DNA of 64,000 bases from Camelus dromedarius. Lineage: Eukaryota. Shown one piece after another: positions 26,493-38,568 of this stretch. Positions within the stretch are counted from its first letter, which is position 1, and each line of letters begins with the position of its first letter. Below the pieces are notes generated by a model. That model searched no databases and was not told where the DNA came from. It worked only from the letters and a program-made list of their open reading frames with translations. Made by a program: the position numbers and the translations under genes. The stretch is taken from contig NC_087438.1 of NCBI RefSeq assembly GCF_036321535.1, positions 7,628,001 through 7,692,000 of the forward strand, in the 5' to 3' direction.

Positions 26493-28149
26493 CCTCAGTT
26501 TGCTCACCTGTAGAATGGGGGTCAGGTAGAATCCACCGTATGCATTCATTGGGAGGCTTAAGGGAGTTAATGCACAGAAAGTCTGAGATGAGACTCTGAG
26601 CTGAGCACAGAGATGTCATAACGATCAGTTGCTAATGTTATGTTGACCATTTTAGAGACCCTGCACCCCATTTTATTGAGAACCGACATGATTCAGTGGG
26701 GCAAGACCCTGGGGATCTGCAGCCCAGCATCCACTCCACCCAGATATTCTGTTATATTCTGTTAAAGTGGAGGCACGTCCCCCAGCCTTCTGGGTCCCAT
26801 GTTGATCCGTAAGCTGGGGGTGATGATGCCTGGCTTATGTGTGGATTTCTGTGAAGATAACATTAGATGCAAAATGTCCGTGGTTCTTAGCAGCTCCAAC
26901 GTGTTATAATTTTTCTACTCTCAGTCTCTGAGTCATCTTTCTTTTCTTCCTGCTGAGTGGATCAAATCCAATTCCAGCATCAAGCTGGACTGCAGAAGGT
27001 CGAACCCTGAGATGTTTACTCATTGAACTGCACTTCCATCCAGCTCACTGGGCCTAGCATCTTCTGGGTTATTAGAAATCTCGCGAGTTTATTACAGAAT
27101 CTCATTCTAAGCTGACGTGGTTCCACGTGGTGTCTCTGATGTGACATATTATCAAACATCAAATACGTTACTTGTCATCCTCTGACACAATGTGCGGTTA
27201 CTTGCTATTTATTGGTGGGTGGTAATACACCTCTCCTCCCTGCTCTGGAGTGGAAACTATTTATTTTAGGGATTTGAGGGGCTGAGGTGGAGAATGGAGT
27301 CAGAGCTGGAGATCAGAGCTGTCTTTTTCTGGAGACGGTGGTGGATATCCATGTTTGCAGCAGGACCATTGGCTGAGCTGAGCAAAATGAAGAAAAAGTG
27401 GCATGCTATGCAGACCCCAGCTTACATTATGCCCACACAGGGGAAGGGAAGCATCCAAAACTGCTGATACAGCCCAGAGTGCACTGCGCCAACCGTGGGG
27501 AGCCGTATTTGCTCAGAGTCAGGTTGGTTTGAGCTCATCTGGTGAGGATTACGTCCCCCACTAGGGCCAGCATAGTGCCTTCTCTCTCTCCTGCATCAGC
27601 TAATTCCCTCAGGTGCTCTGTCCCTGTCTTGTTTTGTTCAAAATACATCTTTTTCCCTCCTCAGCAAACTAGAGTGGAGTTGACAAGAAGTTCTGATAAT
27701 TACTCCCTGAACAATAAATTACTCTGCGGCTGAACTGTGTTAAGTCCACGTGGGGCGTGAGTGCGTTTCAGGGGAAACCCTCTCAAGACAAATGGCAGCA
27801 GGGCTGTGATTACAGCTGAAACGGACAGGCCAGGGGGGCTGTTTCCAGCCTGGTGCTGACTGCCGGGCTGGCGGGAGCTTTCCAGGACAGCCACTGTGAG
27901 GTTGCTGGGCAGAGGGGAGCGTTGCCCCTTGCTCCGCTCTGTTTGTCCATGGGAGATATAAAGGGAATAAGCCCAGGAAGGAGGGTTTCCAGTTTTCACT
28001 CCTTCCTTCACTCACTGATCTGTCAGACCCACGCTGACACTCGGACAGCCCAGCTGCTGTGGGTGACCAGTGTTCATCGCCGGCCTCCGTCTGATGGTTC
28101 TGTGCCCACTGCCTGGGCTGAACCAGATGTTCACTACTGTGAACATCGC

Positions 28150-29330
28150 CCCATTAATCCAATTTGTCTGAGCACCTGCTATTCTCTGAGCACGATGGAA
28201 AGCCCTGGAAATATAAAGTGAATGTCCTGGTGCTTGTCCTCAAGGAATATACAAATGAGTGGGGGAACATAGCTGCTTAAAGGCAAAAAAGACCCCTAAA
28301 TTTGATGTAAGTAGAAGAAGCACCAGGATGCAGTGTTTGAAGAACTGAGGGAGGCTTTCTAGAGCAGGACAGGGTGAGTGGGAATTTGAGGGTAAGAGGA
28401 GACCCTGAATCACCAGAAAGTGTGGTCCATTTGGGACACGGCAGCATCTGGTGTGGGTACGTGGGGGAGGAGCGGAGCCCCCTGAGAAGTGCCTGGAGAC
28501 ATGGCGTGTAGCCTGAGAGTTGGAACTGATTCTCACAATTCCTTTGCTAACATTTTTAAGCAGCAGTGTGACAAGATCATATTCTTAACTCAGAAAGCCC
28601 TCAGTAGCTTGAGAATAAAGTACCAGAAGGGCCAAGAGAGGGAGACCAGTTAGAACACACCACTCACTCATGCATTCATTCGACAAATAGTTTTGAATGC
28701 CTACTATGTGGCGAGGGGACAAGCCAGAAGCTGGGGAGAGAGTAGTGACCCAAACAGGTCACTATTGAATAGGAGAAGTGGGTTTAAATAAACAGACACC
28801 AGAACGGGCATGTATTTACAAACCGCAGTAAGCGCTGTGAATGGAATGTCACGATGCCATGTACAAACTTGGGGGAGGGGCTTGGTTTCAACGGGTGATC
28901 AAGGGAAGTCCTTCTTCAAGAAGAGGCATTTGTTCTGAGGCCAAGTAGATGAATAGGATTCATCTGGCTACTCTGCAAAGCAAGACTGGGAGCAGGAAAA
29001 CCTGTTGGAAAGCCAAGTCAGTCGTCCCTGGCAGGGAAGAGCTGGTGGCACGGGAAACGTGGGGAAGAGAGCTGATTTGAGATGTGTTTTGGAGGTAAAG
29101 CCGGCAGGACTGCTGCAGCCTGGGTGAGAAGAGAAAAGACTGTGGATCAGTTCAGCAGGAGGTGGCGCGGGTTTGAAGGAGAAAGGCATCCACAGGGCTT
29201 CATGATGGATGGCGTGGAGGGGGGTCAGGAAGAGTAGCACCTGGGCTGATTTCTGGTTTCTGGCTCAGTAACTTGTATGGACAGAAGCACGAGGAAGCGT
29301 AAATGGGAGTGGGGCTGACGACTGCTTCAG
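28150..29330 (-). mobile_element. L2 fragments
   Basis: 'cattcattcgacaaatagttttgaatgcctactatgtg' is an L2 3' end; 'gagatgtgttttggaggtaaagccggcaggact' matches the L2 body. Confidence 0.7.
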
Positions 29331-29336
29331 CCCTAA

Positions 29337-29767
29337 TGTGAATGAAAAATACTGCTGCCATATCAGTAAACAAAGGATATTGCAGCCTTCAAGCCATCAC
29401 ATTGCAGCCGCCCAAGGGTACAACCTGAAGGGACTCAGAACAGAGGCTACTGGCCCTCGACAGCTAAGGTGCACAGCAACGGAATGATGTCAAGGAGACC
29501 AGACTCCTGCATCCCCTTATATAGAGGAAAGCGCTAAATTCCTTAACTTGAGAAGTCTGGTTTTCTTTAATTAACAGTAATCTTTTGATGTTCCGACTAC
29601 CTGATCTTTGTTGCAAAACCTCCTATTTATCTTGGCTCCTCCCCTCCCTCTTCAAAGCAGTCCCTTAGAGCGATCTGAGAGGCCTTCTCCTGGGCTAAGT
29701 CCTCAGAAAGTCCACAGAATAAAACATAATTCTCAACTTTTCGGTGGAGTATTTTTTCCAGTTGATG
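29337..29767 (+). mobile_element. ERV1 solo LTR
   Basis: TSD ctaa at 29333-29336 and 29768-29771. AATAAA near 29718. Confidence 0.85.
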
Positions 29768-30611
29768 CTAAGATGTGTCTGAAATGCCCATGGCACATGC
29801 AGAGAGGTATGTTTGCATATAAGGCTTGGGCTCGGAATTGTAGCGCATATAAAAACGAAAGTAGGAGTGTCGATGAGTTCAGCCAGAATGTGTGCAGGGT
29901 TTGGGCAAAACCACTGCGGACCCAGGCAATTGAAATAGGAACCAGTCCTGTGGTGCTGAGTGCCACCCTCTCATCAAACATGAAGACAAGAGCAAGGCAA
30001 GAATGGTGACAAATTAAAAACTGCATCTTGTTTTCTTTCTTTACTCCCCAAGTGACTCAGGTTTAGGGGACAGTCTCAATTTAGCACAATTTATTTTTTT
30101 CGTTGAAGACCCGTTACCCAGTCAGCCATGGTTATCTCTGGGGAATGAGACTGGGGAGTGATGGTTGAGGGGAAATTTTTTCCTTCTAATGCTATAAAAT
30201 TCTTTGTTTTTTAAAAAATGTTGTTTTGCAGGGACCAAATATTGTTTATTTCTTATATAAACAAGGGGTAATTAGAGGACTTAAAAATACCTGATTACAA
30301 TAAGACTGGGCTTCCCCTCATATGTTAAACAAAACGTATGTGCCACAAAACTTAAAAGTGTATGCTGCTATTAGAATTTTCATATGAATAAATTCATACA
30401 GAAGAAAAGAAATTGCTTCCGCCACCACATGGGAGGTTCAGTTCCTGGATCGGCCACTACTGGTACATTGGAGGTGACAGACAGGTGGAGACCAGGACAC
30501 TCAGACATTGAATAGCAGCCCTCCAGGGTCCCTGCCCACAGCCCAGGGCTTGTTTGGGGTCATCCCAGAAATGGACCGGAACATCTTCTCAATATGCAGA
30601 GGGGTTTCTCT

Positions 30612-30982
30612 TGTTGACAAACGCACAGCCGAGAAGTTGCGAATCATGTTTTATTTGGCAGACTTGCTGAGGACTTAAGCCCAGAAGACAGCCTCTGAGA
30701 GCACTCTGAGGGACTGCTCTGAACTGGTAAGGGAGGAGCCAGGAGAGATGGGAGATTTTGCAACAAAAGCTTTTCTATGCGCAGGAAGATGCGAGAGTCG
30801 GGGCTCCTTGAATTTTTCCCTTCCATATGCACCTCGCCATCCAGGGCCAGTGTCCTGTTCTTTCCCCCCCTGAATGCCCTCCGGGTGCAGGGGGGGCTTG
30901 GAGTGTGACTGCAGTGGCTGAGGGCTTGATGGCAGCAGCATCCTTTGTTTACTGATAAAGCGGGAGACATCTTTCATCCATA
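30612..30982 (-). mobile_element. ERV1 solo LTR, same family as 29337-29767
   Basis: TSD ctct at 30608-30611 and 30983-30986. Its reverse complement shares 'atcagtaaacaaagga' and 'ttgttgcaaaa...tgggct(a/t)aagtcctcag...aataaaacat' with the 29.3-kb LTR. Confidence 0.85.
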
Positions 30983-32249
30983 CTCTGAAGCCACAGATTA
31001 CGGAATTCTTTGGGCGACGGTGGGTTGAGTGGAAGTAGAGGGGACCAGTGGGAAGTCTTGCAGACAGCTACCACTGCTGGGATGCCGGCTCGTCTTGGAC
31101 CTGAGCATGTCTGCTGCACACTGATGGTGCATTTGCCAATAACATTTCCCTGCTGTGTCTCTGTGTGTAAGTGGCCCACTGAGAAACAAGAAAAGGGCCC
31201 ATGCCTGTGTATGTCATGGTTTTTTCCCTAATGAAATCTGGGGAACAGCTAGGTCTCTTCTTTAACGCAGGATGATGTTCACGACTCAAGGAAACTTACC
31301 TGCCAGACTCATCTCTCTGGCTCTGCTTAGGTTGGTGATTGTTTTCTGCCTGGGGTCAAGGATTGTTTTGATTCTTTCATTCCTTCTACAAATTAAGGGA
31401 GAATATGACGAGATTGTGGCTGATTACAGAGTCCTTCTGCTATGGTTAACACTCAGTAACATTCTTAGAGAAAGACAAGATGTGCTAACGAGATTCTTTC
31501 AAAAAGCGAGATAAAAGGCGTTTTTGCAGAAAGGAACTCAAGAGTTGGGTTCACCATTGAATAAAAGAGGTGAGAGCAGCAGGTGGCGGTCAGCCTGCAT
31601 TCAGCTGGAATCCAGAGTTCTCAGATGTGACTGGTGATGATCCTCTGTTTTAGTTCAATTGTGCGTTTTGTTCTTAAAAAAAAAAAAAAAGGAAAAACCA
31701 AAGAAGGCACTTTAAAAGAAGATCAGGGTAAGAGAAAGGAATTGGATCCAATGAGAGCTGGCTTGTCTCTTTGAGACATCTGCTTGTTCTATCATCCTGC
31801 GGTATCCGGCACAACCACCGGACTTGTGGGGTAGTAGTGGGGGGAGCACTGATGAAGCAAGTGAGGCAGGAGAAATCCAGGCAGTTGGTTGACTGATTTT
31901 TTTGTGCATCTGTGCCTTACCCATTCGATTTGTCATCCTTGATGTGCATGAATAAGTTACAAACATCTCTACCGTCTGTGTGGCACCGCACTGGAAAACT
32001 GAGGGAGAAAAGGAAAATAAATCAAAGGAAATGTTCTTTCCTTCATCTAATAAAGAGATGCATTCACCCAAAATAACTTTCAGACACTTCTGAAGCTATT
32101 TCAAATGAAGTGAGCTGCTTAGAAATTGAAGGAGGTAAATTTAGAAGATCAGACAGGGAGAAAACTTAGATTTTCTTTATTTTATGATTGCACACAAGAG
32201 TCAACCGTTGTGCCCTCACTCCTAAGAGGCGAGTAGGTTGCATTGGGTA

Positions 32250-33600
32250 AGGTCAATTGAATGTGTAAAGCATTAATTCCCCATTTCTTATGATCCCATA
32301 TTAGTGCCACCTTGTGTGATCCTGAATCCACAAAATCTTGCTCAGGGTATTGCCAGCTCTGGAAGCCTCAAGGTCCAGGTCTTCTGCGATGACCGATTCC
32401 TGGGGCACCAGCCTGGGCAAGCGCAGGTCCATTCATTGCTGCAGACACTTCCTGGGTGTCTTCTGTCTGGCAAGCAATCTGTTGGATGCTGCAGGTTCAG
32501 ATTTTCCTCCATGTACCCGTTTCACTAGACCACGCGAATTTTCTAAATTATACTCACTTGAACTGCTTCTGATTCTGCTCAGTTACAGGAAAGTCCATTC
32601 TTCTCCCCAAGAACATCTGGGAAGCCCAGGAATTTCTTAGCTTTCCCCCAGTCTCTCTTGACTAGCCACCAGGCTAGCCATCATGTATCTCATGCCCATC
32701 GTGCAATCTGCCCCGTCCACGGTCTACACTGGTTCTTCCGCAAGTTACCTCCACCTGTCCCGAGTGCTTCTCTCTGGCTGCCGCCGCCTTTCCCTCTTCC
32801 TCAGTCTCCCACACATTGTGACTTTCAATCAGCCTTTTCTGAAGCTGCAGGTGCCAGGCCACCACCCACACATATCCTCTTTTGAGGCCACCACTCAAGT
32901 TTCCTTCCCTGCCCCCAGGATCTCTGTCATCCCAGCTTGGTTGACAATGGCTACTTCTACTCCCTTCAAAGGAAATCCTCAACCCCAGCCCTTCTTTGAG
33001 TGATTTTACCTGATCGTCCCCTAAAAGAAATTTCACTGAAACTTTATAATCATTATGAACATTTCCCCAAGCCTGAGTTATTTAACCTAAAATGACACCA
33101 CGAGTAGGACGTCAGCCTGGATGGTTCTCAGCCAAGTCCAGCGTGGCTCCTTTTTATAGCCTTTCTTTTAGCTTCAGGTGAGGCCTGATCCTGTTCATCC
33201 TTTCAGGTATCCTCAGGCTTGTAGCTCCCGATGGCCAGGAACAGCATACTTGAGCTGGAACACCAGCACATACTCATATGAGCCCCTCTGCAGGACCACT
33301 GAGGGTCAGCTCAAGGAAGTCTGAATCCATGTAGAGGAAGGAACTCTTCCAAAGGAGCAGTAACATCTGCTGAGATTGAGTTCAACTAAAATCACCAACA
33401 AACTCATCTCCAAAGAGAGCGGTTGGACATCTCCTTGTAAAGCAGTTGTCATCCAGGACTTCACAGTGATAGGGGACAAGCTTTGTGTTTGTATAACCAG
33501 GAGATGCTTTGGGAAGGTTGCCCTGGGACAAAGGACTGCAATGTCTCAAAAGTAGATTCATGTTGGGATCTCTTTCAAAACAGAGAATTTTTTAGTCTTC
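32250..33600 (-). pseudogene. Putative fossil Ty3/Gypsy (Sushi/Mart, PEG10/RTL1-like) gag-protease remnant
   Basis: Manual minus-strand translation gives collinear motifs across several frames: FERDPNM...C, W....LQ...PL, EY...FQ...LQA, a decayed CCHC knuckle, GGGAAAG, and protease-like YMEENLNLQH / AMNG / VIAEDLDL. Many stops and frameshifts. Comparison is by eye against remembered PEG10/RTL1 sequences. Confidence 0.5.
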
Positions 33601-34684
33601 TCATGTCAGCCTCTGAGACCAGCCCAGGCAGGGGATCCAGTGGGTTCGTGTTTGACCACTCCCAGCCTGCTTCGCCTACCCACATATCTGGTGTGAACCC
33701 CGATCTGGGTGACTAAGTCATAGGTGCTGCCCTCAGGGGTTCTGGGTCAAGGGGGTGGAGTCGCAGGGAGTGGGCCATCCAGTGATGCCCACTAGAGCAT
33801 TAGCCTCCCATCCTCCAGCAAATGTTGCCAAATCCTCCTCCTTGACTCTCTTTCTGTTCTGCTTTGGGAGCCATCAAAATAATAGCGCTTATGGTCATGG
33901 CCAAGCCTTGGTTGCTTACCCATTGCCATCACCCTTGGCCAAGCGCTGACCTTGCCTGGGCAATTGACCTTTGCTGTTGTTGGCATCAGCCCCTCTTTCC
34001 CTCTTGCCACTGTGCCACTGTATCCACCTGTGTTGGAGTAGGCAGGGCTGCCCCCTTGGCCAAGACGTCCCTGCTCTTCTGAGCGCTCCCTTCCCTCCAC
34101 CAGAGCAAGTTACAGAAAGTTGCCCTCCCCACAGTTTTAGTGTTTGCCCACTTGACCCCCGAGGACCTGGGGCTGGGGAGAGTGGTGGGGTCTGCTCTGA
34201 GCCCGGATGAGACAGATCTCAGTCCTGTCCCTTTGGAATTCTTGATACATTTATTTAGAGAATAAGGGAAAACGCCAGCACAGAGCCACACAGTGGTTCA
34301 AGTTATTCCCATGTTGTATCCTCATCAGCCAACATATCAATTGCTCCCTCTTTCAAAGCACATTGTCATGTTCTGTTTTTGGCAAGATTCTTGCCCGAGT
34401 CTTGTGTCATCTCCAAACAGCCTCATGAATCACCTTGTGGCTTTGGTCCACAGAGCAGTACAAGCTAACTGCTGCATTCTGCGAGAAGCGTGGGGTACGG
34501 TATCGGTATCTGGCCTGCCCTTACAGTCCTGGAGTCACTTATGTACTTTCCCCTGAAGGAGCCCTTATCGTAAATCTGTGCACTAGGTCAAGAGGTAAAG
34601 TGGGTGCAAGTAAGTTTGAGACATGGTTTCTGTCTTCTAGTAGTTTCTGACCCAGATGGCCAAGTTCACAATGGATGTGCCTCC

Positions 34685-34800
34685 ACCCTCACTAGCTGTG
34701 TGACCTTGGGCAAATCTTTGAAAGCCTCTGGGCCTCAGCTTCCTCAGTAAATGGAGATTGAAAACACCTGTGATGTGTGTGTCTGTGAAGTACTGGGCTG
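34685..34800 (+). mobile_element. MIR SINE
   Basis: 'actagctgtgtgaccttgggcaaatc...gggcctcagcttcctcagtaaatggag'. Confidence 0.8.
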
Positions 34801-36021
34801 AGCAGGTTCAGATCAGTCAATATCGAGAGCAGAATCGGACAAAAGAGGGCAACATGGTAGGTTCTCCAGGGCGGTCTCAGGACGGACGTCTTAACCACCC
34901 GAGGTGGCCATCACAAGCGTGCTGTCTTGACCTCCAGGGAGCCCACGGCCCTGCAGTCATGGGAGCTCAGTCCGGTGGGTCTTGGTGGAGCTGCTTCAGT
35001 GACATCATGGAAGTCACCCTCATCCCCCCAAATGCTATTAAAAAAAAAAAAAACCCAACAGAAAAAAATAACAATGCAGAGGGGTCCTGGGTTTGGGTTG
35101 GGCACCTGCTACCTGCAGAGCCCCGTGTGTTCTTCTCAGAAGGGTGGACAGGTGAGGAGGGCACCGTCCCTGTCCTCACTGAGGCGGACTCTTTGTTGAG
35201 GACGCATCCCTCATGCGAGGCAGTGAATCAAAAGAGAAAGAAAAGTAGTGAGGGGATGAGTGGGGGCACCTGGAATCCTAAACTCTGGGCTTCCATCCTG
35301 GAGCCTGGCTGCTGTGTTCTCCCACATTATTTTAGAGTTTGTGAGAAGAAAAATAATTCTCCTGAGCCTTGGGACAGGGGGGACGTGACAAGTGCTCAAG
35401 TGAGGGCACTAGACAGGAAGTGCTATCACACTGTGTCCTCAAATTCAAGATATATGGGCCCTAGAAAAAATTTTGACCCTCCTTAGACTTAAACTATTTT
35501 TATTATAAAGCTATTTAAATATAAACATGAAACACAGCATACATTTTTTAGGCTTATAACAGCATATTTATAAATTATATATGAACTAAACTATGAAACC
35601 AATAACACTCACATCTAATTTAATTTTCTTTGATGGGTGAAGTTTTCCTGAAATGAAATTACTTACAATGGATTTAAGAATAGATGTTTGGTTCCTCCTT
35701 GTCAATTTGTCTTAGGACTTTCTCCAGGATAGGCCTGCATTTGAGTGACTGTCATTGTGAACGGTCTGCTGCATGGTCGTTAAAATCAGGGATGTTAAAG
35801 CCTGAGTAGTGGCCCTTGTCCTCATCTTTAAAAATAAGGATGAAATGATACTGCTTACCTATTAGACTTTTAAGAATGAAAGGATGTGATGTATGTAACA
35901 TATCAATAAACGATGTACATAAAGCACTTAGAATAGTGTCTGGTACAGAGTATTAAGTAAGTGTACTGTTAGTGCCAATTATGATTTCTAAATATTCCTT
36001 TTTAATTATGATCTCATTTTA

Positions 36022-36325
36022 TTTATTTTAATTTTTAAAAATCAAATTTTTAATTTGGAATGATTTTAGAAAAGTTGGAAAGACAAGACAGACTTTCCCA
36101 TGTACCCATTACCTAGTTTCTCTTAGCGTCAACTTCTTACACTGCCATGTGTTGGAACTAAGAAACCAACATTGGTACTCTACTAATAACTGAACTCCAG
36201 GCTTTGTCTGTATGGCACCAGTTTTTACATTAATGTCCTTTTTGTTTCCAAGATTCCACATTCCATTCAGACTCCTCTTGTCTATGGCAATTTCTCAGTA
36301 GGCATTGAGTATTTAAAAAAAAAAC
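36022..36325 (-). mobile_element. Old L1 3' end (L1MB/MC-like)
   Basis: 'aatttggaatgattttagaaaagttg...aactaagaaaccaacattggtac...aatgtcctttttgtttccaagat'. Confidence 0.7.
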
Positions 36326-36347
36326 ATGATTATATGAGCTCACTTTA

Positions 36348-37112
36348 TTTTTAAATTTTTTTCAATTTTTTAATTGAAGTATAGTCAGTTTACAATGTTT
36401 TGTCAATTTCTGGTGTACAGCATAGTGTTTCAGTCATACATGTACATACATATATTCCTTCTCATATTCTTTTTCACCATAAGTTACTACAAGATACTGA
36501 ATATTGTTCCCTGTTCTATACAGAAGAAACTTGTTGTTTATCTCTTTTATATACAGTAGTCAGTATCTGCAAATCTCAAACTTCCAATTTGTACCTTCCC
36601 ATCCCCTTTCCCCCTTGGTAACCATAAGTTTATTCTCTATGTCTGTGAGTCTGTTTCTGTTTTGTAAATTAAGTTCATTTGTGTCTCTTTTTAGATGTCA
36701 TATGGTGTTTTTCTTTCTCTTTCTGGCTTACTTCACTTAGAATGACAATCTCCAGGTCCATCCATGTTACTGCAAATGCGGTTATTTTATTCTTTTTTTG
36801 TGGCTGAGTAGTATTCCATTGCAAAAATATACCACAACTTCTTTATCCAGTCATCTGTTGATGGACATTTAGGTTGCTTCCATGTCTTGGCTATTGTAAA
36901 TAGTGCTGCTATGAACACTGGGGTGCATGTATCTTTTCAAATTTGAGTTCCTTCCGGATATATGCCCAGGAGTGGGATTGCTGGATCATAGGGTAAGTTT
37001 ATTTTTAGTTTTTTGAGGAATCTCCATACTGTTTCCATAAATGGCTGCACCAAACTACATTCTTACCAACAGAGTAGGAGGGTTCCCTTTTCTCCAGACC
37101 CTCTCCAGCATT
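36348..37112 (-). mobile_element. Young L1 3' end
   Basis: Clear L1 3'UTR plus ORF2 C-terminus. TSD tatatga(g/t)ctca(c/t)ttta at 36331-36347 and 37113-37129. Confidence 0.93.
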
Positions 37113-37859
37113 TATATGATCTCATTTTAAATCAATGATGCATTATGTTGATAAACCAGTGAACAAAAACAGCCCCCTAAACATAATGATGAAAATTAAA
37201 CATATCATTGAGTAAAAAAAGTCATCATTACACTTTTGCCTCTGTGCTCATTGCCCTGAATTGTCCCAGACGGTGAACCTGACTCACTTCTCTCCCCATG
37301 TGTCTCTGTTTAAACTCCTGTAAAATCTACACACAGTCTGCTGCTGGGACCTTTGACCTTCACCTTGCACAGACGTAAACACAAAAACAGCTGCACGGCC
37401 TGGTAGCATGTGGTCCTATGTCGTCATCATCCAGATAGTGATAACAGTGCTTTTTAAAAGATGATACATATCTTAAGAACATAAAATTCTATAGAACTTA
37501 GACCCTGTTTGCAATGCATTGTCTTAAGAATTCAGGAAAAGAACAGACAATGTTGTTTGGAGAAAATAGTCAAGGCCGTTGAATTAGCTTCCAAGAGCCA
37601 TCCCAGTGCCTGGGAGCAAGCTGAGCCCTTGATGAATGGTATTTTTTAATCCTCATAATGTGCCTACTGTGGGGATATCTTTACGGTGGGAAATTGAGGT
37701 TTAGAGATTAATTTGCCAAGTGCCACTGAAGGAAATGAAAGAACCATATTCTCCAGGTCGTAGCCTGCAGTGTCCCTACTCTCACCCATCATGTCTTCCC
37801 TGGGAAGGATGTGGAAGAAGGAACACTTGGTTGGGAACAGAGATGATCTTGGGTTTTTA

Positions 37860-38007
37860 TTTAAAAATAATTTACCTTTTAAGCTTTTTTGGGGGAGTGG
37901 TAATCAGGTTTATTTGTTTATTTATTTTTTAACTGAGGTACTAGGGATTGAACCCAGGACCTTATGCCTGCTAAACATGTGCTTTAACACTGAGCATACC
38001 CTCCCCC
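37860..38007 (-). mobile_element. tRNA-Ala-derived SINE (Vic-1 type)
   Basis: Reverse complement reads 'ggggagggtatgctcagtgttaaagcacatgtttagcaggcataaggtcctgggttcaatccctagtacctc'. Confidence 0.88.
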
Positions 38008-38129
38008 CAATCTTAGTTTTAAAGAACAAAGCAAACCTGTTGCCTCTGCTGTTCTTGGCCTTGGCCTGCCGGCAGGTGAGGGACCATGTTACCCCACAGC
38101 ACTGGGCAGAAGAAAGCAAACTCTCCAAT

Positions 38130-38568
38130 TTTTTAAAAACACCTTTCATCCAATCCTTCCTCCTTCCTCCCCCCTCAATCCCCTCCTCTGGTAATCCCAA
38201 ATCAGACCTCTTTTTCTATGAGTTTGTCTGTTTTTTGAAGTATAATTGACCTACAGCATTATGTCAGTCCCTGTTATACAACGTGGTGATTTGATATTTC
38301 TGTATATTACAAAATGATCACCACCGTCAGTTGAGTTACCATCTGTCTTCACCAAACTGATAATCACTATGCATAAAAATAGATAAAAAACAAATTTCAT
38401 CCATACAGCAAAGGGAACTATATTCAATGTCTTGTAATAATCTTTAGTAAAAAAGAATATGAAAATGAATATATGTATGTATGTGCATGCCTGGGATATT
38501 TTGCTGTACACCAGAAACTGACACATTGTAACTGATGATACTTAATAAAAAAACTTTAAAAAAAAAAA
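38130..38568. mobile_element. Older L1 3'UTR (minus, ~38130-38360) abutting a young L1 tail (plus, ~38365-38568)
   Basis: 'ttgaagtataattgacctacag...aaaatgatcaccac', then 'gggaactatattcaatgtcttgtaat...acacattgtaactga' and poly(A). Confidence 0.8.

Noticed and set aside
28126..28147. 9-bp hairpin gatgttcac-tact-gtgaacatc
   Set aside because: Too short for a pre-miRNA, and stems of this length are expected by chance in 64 kb.
34758..35486. Longest ORF (242 aa)
   Set aside because: It starts inside a MIR at a non-ATG codon, runs through an A-homopolymer and has no recognisable domain. Consistent with a chance ORF.
37770..38249. 159-aa ORF
   Set aside because: Composed largely of antisense SINE and L1 3'UTR sequence.
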